DNA from: Paramoeba atlantica
Lineage: Eukaryota; Protista; Discosea
Assembly: GCA_977017575.1 (NCBI GenBank)
Contig: CDRNVI010000192.1
Coordinates: 1 to 64,000 of the forward strand
DNA: 64,000 nucleotides
Direction: 5' to 3'
The notes below the pieces were generated by a model. The model saw only the letters and a program-made list of their open reading frames with translations, had not been told where the DNA came from and did no database searches. The position numbers were made by a program, and so were the translations under genes. Positions 23,744 to 38,678 of the stretch are shown one piece after another. The stretch's first letter is position 1. Each line of letters begins with the position of its first letter.

Positions 23744-24968
23744 TTTTTTTTTTTTTTTTTTGTATACTTTTTTGAGTGCAACACTCCAGCACTGCCGCAT
23801 CTGCCAACGCGTGAAGTACGAACCTCGTTTTTTTTGTTTGCTCCAATCGTCCAATTAAATTGTCATGCAGTTTTTACATGAAAATAAGCATGCAGGTCAC
23901 TCACCCTAGTTGTTTAGTACCTTGTTATGTTTGGTACCGGGCAGTGCCGTAGTTCGATCAAAAAATGTTTTTTTTTTTCTTTTTTAATATCCTAAAAGAA
24001 TATGACATTTTTTTTTTTTGATAACCTAATATATTATCCCATACCCCGCGCAGCAGGGAGCTGAGCGTCAAAGAAAAAAAAAACCTGTGTGGCAGTCACC
24101 CTAGTTGTGTAGTACCTTGTTATATTCGGTACCGGATGGTGCCACAATCAAATCGAAACCGGACAGCAATAAAAGAATCTACAATGTGAAATGTAGAATA
24201 AGAAAACATGAAAATAAGCATGCAGGTCACTCACCCTAGTTGTTTAGTACCTTGTTATGTTTGGTACCAGGTGGTGATAGAATCCATTTCATAAGACAGC
24301 AGGAAAAAACAGCAGGAAAAACGAACAAGATCTGGCGTGCAATTCAAGGCGTGCATAATATCTGGCGTGCAATATCTGGCGTGCAATATCTGGCGTGCAG
24401 TATCTGGCGTGCATAATATCAACAACAGAATGTACTATTTTTGAAGCTTTGACTTGAAGCAAAAGCTAATCATAGTCGTAGACCTCCAACCCATTTTTCA
24501 GCCTGAATATATTGCCGCAATTGAGAAACTACTGCGTATGCAGAATATTTCTCTAACTCAAGCTGAAAGGCTTCTCGTGTTGGCGTATAATCTAGACCTG
24601 CCCTCTTTGCCAATGTTTTTAGTAGCTGTTTAGTCTCCTCGTGCAAGACCCCACAATCAGTAATCGCAATGCAACGGAAACTTTCGGGATCTAAGCCTTT
24701 CTCCTTCACGTATTTATTATTCTTTCTGTCTTGGGCACTCTGGAGCAAGTCATTGCTACTTTGCTTTCGGTAGCTACTGCAACACGTATGAACTACGGTT
24801 AAATCGTATAAAATTTCACCAACGTCGGGCCACAAGATCGCAAGGTCTGGTCCGGATCTGATTCTACGAGCTCGGCATGGGTGTTGTTCTGCTGCTTCTG
24901 GGGAAATTGAACATTTGCACTTAGTGCAGAAGAATGACGTGTGAATTCGTGGCTCGATTGCACAAGGG
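23744..24968 (-). mobile_element. Truncated RLE retrotransposon, copy 13
   Basis: Same junctions, tail and TSD. Confidence 0.92.
24470..24967 (-). pseudogene. RLE fragment, copy 13
   Basis: Same translation as copy 1. Confidence 0.85.
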
Positions 24969-25605
24969 ATATAAACTACCTAAATCAAAACTATACGATA
25001 GGGCATCGCGCCTGGCCGGCGCCACCACCCTCTCGCTACTAACTTTCCACCCCTTTCGCGTTATCAGGGTCTGCCTCGGCATAACAAAGTCGGCTGATTT
25101 TGTCCGCAGGGTTACTTTTCGTGCTCACGTACCGCGCATCTACGGCAATTCCTTGCTTTTTAATTACATTCAAAACCTTTTCAAGTTCGTCAGAAACGCC
25201 GGAAGATTTCGATATTTTCCTATTAAATTATCGAAGTAAAGCAAAAATTATCGAAGTAAAGTGAAGAAAATATTGTCCTAAGAATCTTCTTCTAAGAAAT
25301 ATTATATGAAATAACGAAACAAAAGTACATTACACGTAAACTTTATGCGTAAAAGTGCAGTATATGCTAAAGATGTATTCAAGATTGCACTGGTTGGTGC
25401 GTGCATGAAACACGTTAACCACTGCACACTTCCTAAAATTCTTTTCGTAAACTCTTAGAATTTCATTTTGTGTGAATATCGTACTTTGTAGAGATCCTAT
25501 ATAAAGTATACGCCCATTCAGGGTAAGGTTTACAATAACTATCAAAACATATAGTTGCAGAATAGAATGATATCAACATTCGTTTTGTCGACCTATAATA
25601 TAAAC

Positions 25606-26832
25606 TTTTTTTTTTTTTTTTTTTTGTATACTTTTTTGAGTGCAACACTCCAGCACTGCCGCATCTGCCAACGCGTGAAGTACGAACCTCGTTTTTTTTG
25701 TTTGCTCCAATCGTCCAATTAAATTGTCATGCAGTTTTTACATGAAAATAAGCATGCAGGTCACTCACCCTAGTTGTTTAGTACCTTGTTATGTTTGGTA
25801 CCGGGCAGTGCCGTAGTTCGATCAAAAAATGTTTTTTTTTTTCTTTTTTAATATCCTAAAAGAATATGACATTTTTTTTTTTTGATAACTTAATATATTA
25901 TCCCATACCCCGCGCAGCAGGGAGCTGATCGTCAAAGAAAAAAAAAACCTGTGTGGCAGTCACCCTAGTTGTGTAGTACCTTGTTATATTCGGTACCGGA
26001 TGGTGCCACAATCAAATCGAAACCGGACAGCAATAAAAGAATCTACAATGTGAAATGTAGAATAAGAAAACATGAAAATAAGCATGCAGGTCACTCACCC
26101 TAGTTGTTTAGTACCTTGTTATGTTTGGTACCAGGTGGTGATAGAATCCATTTCATAAGACAGCAGGAAAAAACAGCAGGAAAAACGAACAAGATCTGGC
26201 GTGCAATTCAAGGCGTGCATAATATCTGGCGTGCAATATCTGGCGTGCAATATCTGGCGTGCAGTATCTGGCGTGCATAATATCAACAACAGAATGTACT
26301 ATTTTTGAAGCTTTGACTTGAAGCAAAAGCTAATCATAGTCGTAGACCTCCAACCCATTTTTCAGCCTGAATATATTGCCGCAATTGAGAAACTACTGCG
26401 TATGCAGAATATTTCTCTAACTCAAGCTGAAAGGCTTCTCGTGTTGGCGTATAATCTAGACCTGCCCTCTTTGCCAATGTTTTTAGTAGCTGTTTAGTCT
26501 CCTCGTGCAAGACCCCACAATCAGTAATCGCAATGCAACGGAAACTTTCGGGATCTAAGCCTTTCTCCTTCACGTATTTATTATTCTTTCTGTCTTGGGC
26601 ACTCTGGAGCAAGTCATTGCTACTTTGCTTTCGGTAGCTACTGCAACACGTATGAACTACGGTTAAATCGTATAAAATTTCACCAACGTCGGGCCACAAG
26701 ATCGCAAGGTCTGGTCCGGATCTGATTCTACGAGCTCGGCATGGGTGTTGTTCTGCTGCTTCTGGGGAAATTGAACATTTGCACTTAGTGCAGAAGAATG
26801 ACGTGTGAATTCGTGGCTCGATTGCACAAGGG
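25606..26832 (-). mobile_element. Truncated RLE retrotransposon, copy 14
   Basis: Same junctions, tail and TSD. Confidence 0.92.
26334..26831 (-). pseudogene. RLE fragment, copy 14
   Basis: Same translation as copy 1. Confidence 0.85.
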
Positions 26833-28727
26833 ATATAAACTACCTAAATCAAAACTATACGATAGGGCATCGCGCCTGGCCGGCGCCACCACCCTCTCGC
26901 TACTAACTTTCCACCCCTTTCGCGTTATCAGGGTCTGCCTCGGCATAACAAAGTCGGCTGATTTTGTCCGCAGGGTTACTTTTCGTGCTCACGTACCGCG
27001 CATCTACGGCAATTCCTTGCTTTTTAATTACATTCAAAACCTTTTCAAGTTCGTCAGAAACGCCGGAAGATTTCGATATTTTCCTATTAAATTATCGAAG
27101 TAAAGCAAAAATTATCGAAGTAAAGTGAAGAAAATATTGTCCTAAGAATCTTCTTCTAAGAAATATTATATGAAATAACGAAACAAAATTACATTACACG
27201 TAAACTTTATGCGTAAAAGTGCAGTATATGCTAAAGATGTATTCAAGATTGCACTGGTTGGTGCGTGCATGAAACACGTTAACCACTGCACACTTCCTAA
27301 AATTCTTTTCGTAAACTCTTAGAATTTCATTTTGTGTGAATATCGTACTTTGTAGAGATCCTATATAAAGTATACGCCCATTCAGGGTAAGGTTTACAAT
27401 AACTATCAAAACATATAGTTGCAGAATAGAATGATATCAACATTCGTTTTGTCGACCTATAATATAAACTGCCTAAATCAAAACTATACGATAGGGCATC
27501 GCGCCTGGCCGGCGCCACCACCCTCTCGCTACTAACTTTCCACCCCTTTCGCGTTATCAGGGTCTGCCTCGGCATAACGAAGTCGGCTGATTTTGTCCGC
27601 AGGGTTACTTTTCGTGCTCACGTACCGCGCATCTACGGCAATTCCTTGCTTTTTAATTACATTCAAAACCTTTTCAAGTTCGTCAGAAACGCCGGAAGAT
27701 TTCGATATTTTCCTATTAAATTATCGAAGTAAAGCAAAAATTATCGAAGTAAAGTGAAGAAAATATTGTCCTAAGAATCTTCTTCTAAGAAATATTATAT
27801 GAAATAACGAAACAAAAGTACATTACACGTAAACTTTATGCGTAAAAGTGCAGTATATGCTAAAGATGTATTCAAGATTGCATTGGTTGGTGCGTGCATG
27901 AAACACGTTAACCACTGCACACTTCCTAAAATTCTTTTCGTAAACTCTTAGAATTTCATTTTGTGTGAATATCGTACTTTGTAGAGATCCTATATAAAGT
28001 ATACGCCCATTCAGGGTAAGGTTTACAATAACTATCAAAACATATAGTTGCAGAATAGAATGATATCAACATTCGTTTTGTCGACCTATAATATAAACTA
28101 CCTAAATCAAAACTATACGATAGGGCATCGCGCCTGGCCGGCGCCACCACCCTCTCGCTACTAACTTTCCACCCCTTTCGCGTTATCAGGGTCTGCCTCG
28201 GCATAACGAAGTCGGCTGATTTTGTCCGCAGGGTTACTTTTCGTGCTCACGTACCGCGCATCTACGGCAATTCCTTGCTTTTTAATTACATTCAAAACCT
28301 TTTCAAGTTCGTCAGAAACGCCGGAAGATTTCGATATTTTCCTATTAAATTATCGAAGTAAAGCAAAAATTATCGAAGTAAAGTGAAGAAAATATTGTCC
28401 TAAGAATCTTCTTCTAAGAAATATTATATGAAATAACGAAACAAAAGTACATTACACGTAAACTTTATGCGTAAAAGTGCAGTATATGCTAAAGATGTAT
28501 TCAAGATTGCACTGGTTGGTGCGTGCATGAAACACGTTAACCACTGCACACTTCCTAAAATTCTTTTCGTAAACTCTTAGAATTTCATTTTGTGTGAATA
28601 TCGTACTTTGTAGAGATCCTATATAAAGTATACGCCCATTCAGGGTAAGGTTTACAATAACTATCAAAACATATAGTTGCAGAATAGAATGATATCAACA
28701 TTCGTTTTGTCGACCTATAATATAAAC

Positions 28728-29951
28728 TTTTTTTTTTTTTTTTTTGTATATTTTTTTGAGTGCAACACTCCAGCACTGCCGCATCTGCCAACGCGTGAAG
28801 TACGAACCTCGTTTTTTTTGTTTGCTCCAATCGTCCAATTAAATTGTCATGCAGTTTTTACATGAAAATAAGCATGCAGGTCACTCACCCTAGTTGTTTA
28901 GTACCTTGTTATGTTTGGTACCGGGCAGTGCCGTAGTTCGATCAAAAAATGTTTTTTTTTTTCTTTTTTAATATCCTAAAATAATATGACATTTTTTTTT
29001 TTGATAACCTAATATATTATCCCATACCCCGCGCATCAGGGAGCTGAGCGTCAAAGAAAAAAAAAACCTGTGTGGCAGTCACCCTAGTTGTGTAGTACCT
29101 TGTTATATTCGGTACCGGATGGTGCCACAATCAAATCGAAACCGGACAGCAATAAAAGAATCTACAATGTGAAATGTAGAATAAGAAAACATGAAAATAA
29201 GCATACAGGTCACTCACCCTAGTTGTTTAGTACCTTGTTATGTTTGGTACCAGGTGGTGATAGAATCCATTTCATAAGACAGCAGGAAAAAACAGCAGGA
29301 AAAACGAACAAGATCTGGCGTGCAATTCAAGGCGTGCATAATATCTGGCGTGCAATATCTGGCGTGCAATATCTGGCGTGCAGTATCTGGCGTGCATAAT
29401 ATCAACAACAGAATGTACTATTTTTGAAGCTTTGACTTGAAGCAAAAGCTAATCATAGTCGTAGACCTCCAACCCATTTTTCAGCCTGAATATATTGCCG
29501 CAATTGAGAAACTACTGCGTATGCAGAATATTTCTCTAACTCAAGCTGAAAGGCTTCTCGTGTTGGCGTATAATCTAGACCTGCCCTCTTTGCCAATGTT
29601 TTTAGTAGCTGTTTAGTCTCCTCGTGCAAGACCCCACAATCAGTAATCGCAATGCAACGGAAACTTTCGGGATCTAAGCCTTTCTCCTTCACGTATTTAT
29701 TATTCTTTCTGTCTTGGGCACTCTGGAGCAAGTCATTGCTACTTTGCTTTCGGTAGCTACTGCAACACGTATGAACTACGGTTAAATCGTATAAAATTTC
29801 ACCAACGTCGGGCCACAAGATCGCAAGGTCTGGTCCGGATCTGATTCTACGAGCTCGGCATGGGTGTTGTTCTGCTGCTTCTGGGGAAATTGAACATTTG
29901 CACTTAGTGCAGAAGAATGACGTGTGAATTCGTGGCTCGATTGCACAAGGG
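28728..29951 (-). mobile_element. Truncated RLE retrotransposon, copy 15
   Basis: Same junctions, tail and TSD. Confidence 0.92.
29453..29950 (-). pseudogene. RLE fragment, copy 15
   Basis: Same translation as copy 1. Confidence 0.85.
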
Positions 29952-31846
29952 ATATAAACTACCTAAATCAAAACTATACGATAGGGCATCGCGCCTGGCC
30001 GGCGCCACCACCCTCTCGCTACTAACTTTCCACCCCTTTCGCGTTATCAGGGTCTGCCTCGGCATAACAAAGTCGGCTGATTTTGTCCGCAGGGTTACTT
30101 TTCGTGCTCACGTACCGCGCATCTACGGCAATTCCTTGCTTTTTAATTACATTCAAAACCTTTTCAAGTTCGTCAGAAACGCCGGAAGATTTCGATATTT
30201 TCCTATTAAATTATCGAAGTAAAGCAAAAATTATCGAAGTAAAGTGAAGAAAATATTGTCCTAAGAATCTTCTTCTAAGAAATATTATATGAAATAACGA
30301 AACAAAATTACATTACACGTAAACTTTATGCGTAAAAGTGCAGTATATGCTAAAGATGTATTCAAGATTGCACTGGTTGGTGCGTGCATGAAACACGTTA
30401 ACCACTGCACACTTCCTAAAATTCTTTTCGTAAACTCTTAGAATTTCATTTTGTGTGAATATCGTACTTTGTAGAGATCCTATATAAAGTATACGCCCAT
30501 TCAGGGTAAGGTTTACAATAACTATCAAAACATATAGTTGCAGAATAGAATGATATCAACATTCGTTTTGTCGACCTATAATATAAACTGCCTAAATCAA
30601 AACTATACGATAGGGCATCGCGCCTGGCCGGCGCCACCACCCTCTCGCTACTAACTTTCCACCCCTTTCGCGTTATCAGGGTCTGCCTCGGCATAACGAA
30701 GTCGGCTGATTTTGTCCGCAGGGTTACTTTTCGTGCTCACGTACCGCGCATCTACGGCAATTCCTTGCTTTTTAATTACATTCAAAACCTTTTCAAGTTC
30801 GTCAGAAACGCCGGAAGATTTCGATATTTTCCTATTAAATTATCGAAGTAAAGCAAAAATTATCGAAGTAAAGTGAAGAAAATATTGTCCTAAGAATCTT
30901 CTTCTAAGAAATATTATATGAAATAACGAAACAAAAGTACATTACACGTAAACTTTATGCGTAAAAGTGCAGTATATGCTAAAGATGTATTCAAGATTGC
31001 ATTGGTTGGTGCGTGCATGAAACACGTTAACCACTGCACACTTCCTAAAATTCTTTTCGTAAACTCTTAGAATTTCATTTTGTGTGAATATCGTACTTTG
31101 TAGAGATCCTATATAAAGTATACGCCCATTCAGGGTAAGGTTTACAATAACTATCAAAACATATAGTTGCAGAATAGAATGATATCAACATTCGTTTTGT
31201 CGACCTATAATATAAACTACCTAAATCAAAACTATACGATAGGGCATCGCGCCTGGCCGGCGCCACCACCCTCTCGCTACTAACTTTCCACCCCTTTCGC
31301 GTTATCAGGGTCTGCCTCGGCATAACGAAGTCGGCTGATTTTGTCCGCAGGGTTACTTTTCGTGCTCACGTACCGCGCATCTACGGCAATTCCTTGCTTT
31401 TTAATTACATTCAAAACCTTTTCAAGTTCGTCAGAAACGCCGGAAGATTTCGATATTTTCCTATTAAATTATCGAAGTAAAGCAAAAATTATCGAAGTAA
31501 AGTGAAGAAAATATTGTCCTAAGAATCTTCTTCTAAGAAATATTATATGAAATAACGAAACAAAAGTACATTACACGTAAACTTTATGCGTAAAAGTGCA
31601 GTATATGCTAAAGATGTATTCAAGATTGCACTGGTTGGTGCGTGCATGAAACACGTTAACCACTGCACACTTCCTAAAATTCTTTTCGTAAACTCTTAGA
31701 ATTTCATTTTGTGTGAATATCGTACTTTGTAGAGATCCTATATAAAGTATACGCCCATTCAGGGTAAGGTTTACAATAACTATCAAAACATATAGTTGCA
31801 GAATAGAATGATATCAACATTCGTTTTGTCGACCTATAATATAAAC

Positions 31847-33070
31847 TTTTTTTTTTTTTTTTTTGTATATTTTTTTGAGTGCAACACTCCAGCACTGCCG
31901 CATCTGCCAACGCGTGAAGTACGAACCTCGTTTTTTTTGTTTGCTCCAATCGTCCAATTAAATTGTCATGCAGTTTTTACATGAAAATAAGCATGCAGGT
32001 CACTCACCCTAGTTGTTTAGTACCTTGTTATGTTTGGTACCGGGCAGTGCCGTAGTTCGATCAAAAAATGTTTTTTTTTTTCTTTTTTAATATCCTAAAA
32101 TAATATGACATTTTTTTTTTTGATAACCTAATATATTATCCCATACCCCGCGCATCAGGGAGCTGAGCGTCAAAGAAAAAAAAAACCTGTGTGGCAGTCA
32201 CCCTAGTTGTGTAGTACCTTGTTATATTCGGTACCGGATGGTGCCACAATCAAATCGAAACCGGACAGCAATAAAAGAATCTACAATGTGAAATGTAGAA
32301 TAAGAAAACATGAAAATAAGCATACAGGTCACTCACCCTAGTTGTTTAGTACCTTGTTATGTTTGGTACCAGGTGGTGATAGAATCCATTTCATAAGACA
32401 GCAGGAAAAAACAGCAGGAAAAACGAACAAGATCTGGCGTGCAATTCAAGGCGTGCATAATATCTGGCGTGCAATATCTGGCGTGCAATATCTGGCGTGC
32501 AGTATCTGGCGTGCATAATATCAACAACAGAATGTACTATTTTTGAAGCTTTGACTTGAAGCAAAAGCTAATCATAGTCGTAGACCTCCAACCCATTTTT
32601 CAGCCTGAATATATTGCCGCAATTGAGAAACTACTGCGTATGCAGAATATTTCTCTAACTCAAGCTGAAAGGCTTCTCGTGTTGGCGTATAATCTAGACC
32701 TGCCCTCTTTGCCAATGTTTTTAGTAGCTGTTTAGTCTCCTCGTGCAAGACCCCACAATCAGTAATCGCAATGCAACGGAAACTTTCGGGATCTAAGCCT
32801 TTCTCCTTCACGTATTTATTATTCTTTCTGTCTTGGGCACTCTGGAGCAAGTCATTGCTACTTTGCTTTCGGTAGCTACTGCAACACGTATGAACTACGG
32901 TTAAATCGTATAAAATTTCACCAACGTCGGGCCACAAGATCGCAAGGTCTGGTCCGGATCTGATTCTACGAGCTCGGCATGGGTGTTGTTCTGCTGCTTC
33001 TGGGGAAATTGAACATTTGCACTTAGTGCAGAAGAATGACGTGTGAATTCGTGGCTCGATTGCACAAGGG
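31847..33070 (-). mobile_element. Truncated RLE retrotransposon, copy 16
   Basis: Same junctions; shares the private UTR variants of copy 15. Confidence 0.92.
32572..33069 (-). pseudogene. RLE fragment, copy 16
   Basis: Same translation as copy 1. Confidence 0.85.
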
Positions 33071-34336
33071 ATATAAACTACCTAAATCAAAACTATACGA
33101 TAGGGCATCGCGCCTGGCCGGCGCCACCACCCTCTCGCTACTAACTTTCCACCCCTTTCGCGTTATCAGGGTCTGCCTCGGCATAACGAAGTCGGCTGAT
33201 TTTGTCCGCAGGGTTACTTTTCGTGCTCACGTACCGCGCATCTACGGCAATTCCTTGCTTTTTAATTACATTCAAAACCTTTTCAAGTTCGTCAGAAACG
33301 CCGGAAGATTTCGATATTTTCCTATTAAATTATCGAAGTAAAGCAAAAATTATCGAAGTAAAGTGAAGAAAATATTGTCCTAAGAATCTTCTTCTAAGAA
33401 ATATTATATGAAATAACGAAACAAAAGTACATTACACGTAAACTTTATGCGTAAAAGTGCAGTATATGCTAAAGATGTATTCAAGATTGCACTGGTTGGT
33501 GCGTGCATGAAACACGTTAACCACTGCACACTTCCTAAAATTCTTTTCGTAAACTCTTAGAATTTCATTTTGTGTGAATATCGTACTTTGTAGAGATCCT
33601 ATATAAAGTATACGCCCATTCAGGGTAAGGTTTACAATAACTATCAAAACATATAGTTGCAGAATAGAATGATATCAACATTCGTTTTGTCGACCTATAA
33701 TATAAACTACCTAAATCAAAACTATACGATAGGGCATCGCGCCTGGCCGGCGCCACCACCCTCTCGCTACTAACTTTCCACCCCTTTCGCGTTATCAGGG
33801 TCTGCCTCGGCATAACGAAGTCGGCTGATTTTGTCCGCAGGGTTACTTTTCGTGCTCACGTACCGCGCATCTACGGCAATTCCTTGCTTTTTAATTACAT
33901 TCAAAACCTTTTCAAGTTCGTCAGAAACGCCGGAAGATTTCGATATTTTCCTATTAAATTATCGAAGTAAAGCAAAAATTATCGAAGTAAAGTGAAGAAA
34001 ATATTGTCCTAAGAATCTTCTTCTAAGAAATATTATATGAAATAACGAAACAAAAGTACATTACACGTAAACTTTATGCGTAAAAGTGCAGTATATGCTA
34101 AAGATGTATTCAAGATTGCACTGGTTGGTGCGTGCATGAAACACGTTAACCACTGCACACTTCCTAAAATTCTTTTCGTAAACTCTTAGAATTTCATTTT
34201 GTGTGAATATCGTACTTTGTAGAGATCCTATATAAAGTATACGCCCATTCAGGGTAAGGTTTACAATAACTATCAAAACATATAGTTGCAGAATAGAATG
34301 ATATCAACATTCGTTTTGTCGACCTATAATATAAAC

Positions 34337-35559
34337 TTTTTTTTTTTTTTTTTGTATATTTTTTTGAGTGCAACACTCCAGCACTGCCGCATCTGCCAAC
34401 GCGTGAAGTACGAACCTCGTTTTTTTTGTTTGCTCCAATCGTCCAATTAAATTGTCATGCAGTTTTTACATGAAAATAAGCATGCAGGTCACTCACCCTA
34501 GTTGTTTAGTACCTTGTTATGTTTGGTACCGGGCAGTGCCGTAGTTCGATCAAAAAATGTTTTTTTTTTCTTTTTTAATATCCTAAAAGAATATGACATT
34601 TTTTTTTTTTGATAACGTAATATATTATCCCATACCCCGCGCATCAGGGAGCTGAGCGTCAAAGAAAAAAAAAACCTGTGTGGCAGTCACCCTAGTTGTG
34701 TAGTACCTTGTTATATTCGGTACCGGATGGTGCCACAATCAAATCGAAACCGGACAGCAATAAAAGAATCTACAATGTGAAATGTAGAATAAGAAAACAT
34801 GAAAATAAGCATGCAGGTCACTCACCCTAGTTGTTTAGTACCTTGTTATGTTTGGTACCAGGTGGTGATAGAATCCATTTCATAAGACAGCAGGAAAAAA
34901 CAGCAGGAAAAACGAACAAGATCTGGCGTGCAATTCAAGGCGTGCATAATATCTGGCGTGCAATATCTGGCGTGCAATATCTGGCGTGCAGTATCTGGCG
35001 TGCATAATATCAACAACAGAATGTACTATTTTTGAAGCTTTGACTTGAAGCAAAAGCTAATCATAGTCGTAGACCTCCAACCCATTTTTCAGCCTGAATA
35101 TATTGCCGCAATTGAGAAACTACTGCGTATGCAGAATATTTCTCTAACTCAAGCTGAAAGGCTTCTCGTGTTGGCGTATAATCTAGACCTGCCCTCTTTG
35201 CCAATGTTTTTAGTAGCTGTTTAGTCTCCTCGTGCAAGACCCCACAATCAGTAATCGCAATGCAACGGAAACTTTCGGGATCTAAGCCTTTCTCCTTCAC
35301 GTATTTATTATTCTTTCTGTCTTGGGCACTCTGGAGCAAGTCATTGCTACTTTGCTTTCGGTAGCTACTGCAACACGTATGAACTACGGTTAAATCGTAT
35401 AAAATTTCACCAACGTCGGGCCACAAGATCGCAAGGTCTGGTCCGGATCTGATTCTACGAGCTCGGCATGGGTGTTGTTCTGCTGCTTCTGGGGAAATTG
35501 AACATTTGCACTTAGTGCAGAAGAATGACGTGTGAATTCGTGGCTCGATTGCACAAGGG
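34337..35559 (-). mobile_element. Truncated RLE retrotransposon, copy 17
   Basis: Same junctions, tail and TSD. Confidence 0.92.
35061..35558 (-). pseudogene. RLE fragment, copy 17
   Basis: Same translation as copy 1. Confidence 0.85.
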
Positions 35560-37453
35560 ATATAAACTACCTAAATCAAAACTATACGATAGGGCATCGC
35601 GCCTGGCCGGCGCCACCACCCTCTCGCTACTAACTTTCCACCCCTTTCGCGTTATCAGGGTCTGCCTCGGCATAACAAAGTCGGCTGATTTTGTCCGCAG
35701 GGTTACTTTTCGTGCTCACGTACCGCGCATCTACGGCAATTCCTTGCTTTTTAATTACATTCAAAACCTTTTCAAGTTCGTCAGAAACGCCGGAAGATTT
35801 CGATATTTTCCTATTAAATTATCGAAGTAAAGCAAAAATTATCGAAGTAAAGTGAAGAAAATATTGTCCTAAGAATCTTCTTCTAAGAAATATTATATGA
35901 AATAACGAAACAAAATTACATTACACGTAAACTTTATGCGTAAAAGTGCAGTATATGCTAAAGATGTATTCAAGATTGCACTGGTTGGTGCGTGCATGAA
36001 ACACGTTAACCACTGCACACTTCCTAAAATTCTTTTCGTAAACTCTTAGAATTTCATTTTGTGTGAATATCGTACTTTGTAGAGATCCTATATAAAGTAT
36101 ACGCCCATTCAGGGTAAGGTTTACAATAACTATCAAAACATATAGTTGCAGAATAGAATGATATCAACATTCGTTTTGTCGACCTATAATATAAACTACC
36201 TAAATCAAAACTATACGATAGGGCATCGCGCCTGGCCGGCGCCACCACCCTCTCGCTACTAACTTTCCACCCCTTTCGCGTTATCAGGGTCTGCCTCGGC
36301 ATAACGAAGTCGGCTGATTTTGTCCGCAGGGTTACTTTTCGTGCTCAGGTACCGCGCATCTACGGCAATTCCTTGCTTTTTAATTACATTCAAAACCTTT
36401 TCAAGTTCGTCAGAAACGCCGGAAGATTTCGATATTTTCCTATTAAATTATCGAAGTAAAGCAAAAATTATCGAAGTAAAGTGAAGAAAATATTGTCCTA
36501 AGAATCTTCTTCTAAGAAATATTATATGAAATAACGAAACAAAAGTACATTACACGTAAACTTTATGCGTAAAAGTGCAGTATATGCTAAAGATGTATTC
36601 AAGATTGCACTGGTTGGTGCGTGCATGAAACACGTTAACCACTGCACACTTCCTAAAATTCTTTTCGTAAACTCTTAGAATTTCATTTTGTGTGAATATC
36701 GTACTTTGTAGAGATCCTATATAAGTATACGCCCATTCAGGGTAAGGTTTACAATAACTATCAAAACATATAGTTGCAGAATAGAATGATATCAACATTC
36801 GTTTTGTCGACCTATAATATAAACTACCTAAATCAAAACTATACGATAGGGCATCGCGCCTGGCCGGCGCCACCACCCTCTCGCTACTAACTTTCCACCC
36901 CTTTCGCGTTATCAGGGTCTGCCTCGGCATAACGAAGTCGGCTGATTTTGTCCGCAGGGTTACTTTTCGTGCTCAGGTACCGCGCATCTACGGCAATTCC
37001 TTGCTTTTTAATTACATTCAAAACCTTTTCAAGTTCGTCAGAAACGCCGGAAGATTTCGATATTTTCCTATTAAATTATCGAAGTAAAGCAAAAATTATC
37101 GAAGTAAAGTGAAGAAAATATTGTCCTAAGAATCTTCTTCTAAGAAATATTATATGAAATAACGAAACAAAAGTACATTACACGTAAACTTTATGCGTAA
37201 AAGTGCAGTATATGCTAAAGATGTATTCAAGATTGCACTGGTTGGTGCGTGCATGAAACACGTTAACCACTGCACACTTCCTAAAATTCTTTTCGTAAAC
37301 TCTTAGAATTTCATTTTGTGTGAATATCGTACTTTGTAGAGATCCTATATAAAGTATACGCCCATTCAGGGTAAGGTTTACAATAACTATCAAAACATAT
37401 AGTTGCAGAATAGAATGATATCAACATTCGTTTTGTCGACCTATAATATAAAC

Positions 37454-38678
37454 TTTTTTTTTTTTTTTTTTGTATATTTTTTTGAGTGCAACACTCCAGC
37501 ACTGCCGCATCTGCCAACGCGTGAAGTACGAACCTCGTTTTTTTTGTTTGCTCCAATCGTCCAATTAAATTGTCATGCAGTTTTTACATGAAAATAAGCA
37601 TGCAGGTCACTCACCCTAGTTGTTTAGTACCTTGTTATGTTTGGTACCGGGCAGTGCCGTAGTTCGATCAAAAAATGTTTTTTTTTTTCTTTTTTAATAT
37701 CCTAAAAGAATATGACATTTTTTTTTTTTGATAACCTAATATATTATCCCATACCCCGCGCATCAGGGAGCTGAGCGTCAAAGAAAAAAAAAACCTGTGT
37801 GGCAGTCACCCTAGTTGTGTAGTACCTTGTTATATTCGGTACCGGATGGTGCCACAATCAAATCGAAACCGGACAGCAATAAAAGAATCTACAATGTGAA
37901 ATGTAGAATAAGAAAACATGAAAATAAGCATGCAGGTCACTCACCCTAGTTGTTTAGTACCTTGTTATGTTTGGTACCAGGTGGTGATAGAATCCATTTC
38001 ATAAGACAGCAGGAAAAAACAGCAGGAAAAACGAACAAGATCTGGCGTGCAATTCAAGGCGTGCATAATATCTGGCGTGCAATATCTGGCGTGCAATATC
38101 TGGCGTGCAGTATCTGGCGTGCATAATATCAACAACAGAATGTACTATTTTTGAAGCTTTGACTTGAAGCAAAAGCTAATCATAGTCGTAGACCTCCAAC
38201 CCATTTTTCAGCCTGAATATATTGCCGCAATTGAGAAACTACTGCGTATGCAGAATATTTCTCTAACTCAAGCTGAAAGGCTTCTCGTGTTGGCGTATAA
38301 TCTAGACCTGCCCTCTTTGCCAATGTTTTTAGTAGCTGTTTAGTCTCCTCGTGCAAGACCCCACAATCAGTAATCGCAATGCAACGGAAACTTTCGGGAT
38401 CTAAGCCTTTCTCCTTCACGTATTTATTATTCTTTCTGTCTTGGGCACTCTGGAGCAAGTCATTGCTACTTTGCTTTCGGTAGCTACTGCAACACGTATG
38501 AACTACGGTTAAATCGTATAAAATTTCACCAACGTCGGGCCACAAGATCGCAAGGTCTGGTCCGGATCTGATTCTACGAGCTCGGCATGGGTGTTGTTCT
38601 GCTGCTTCTGGGGAAATTGAACATTTGCACTTAGTGCAGAAGAATGACGTGTGAATTCGTGGCTCGATTGCACAAGGG
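37454..38678 (-). mobile_element. Truncated RLE retrotransposon, copy 18
   Basis: Same junctions, tail and TSD. Confidence 0.92.
38180..38677 (-). pseudogene. RLE fragment, copy 18
   Basis: Same translation as copy 1. Confidence 0.85.

Larger units (their letters stand above)
16285..27461. repeat. Run of 6 consecutive occupied junctions
   Basis: RLE frame stops at 17019, 18882, 20745, 22608, 24470, 26334. Confidence 0.97.

Noticed and set aside
36550-36930. 71-, 82-, 84- and fused 126-aa minus-strand ORFs of the monomer
   Set aside because: No recognisable motifs. The 126-aa form (15 units) arises from either of two 1-bp losses in the overlap of two short ORFs, and the 84/81/61-aa forms change with poly(A) length.
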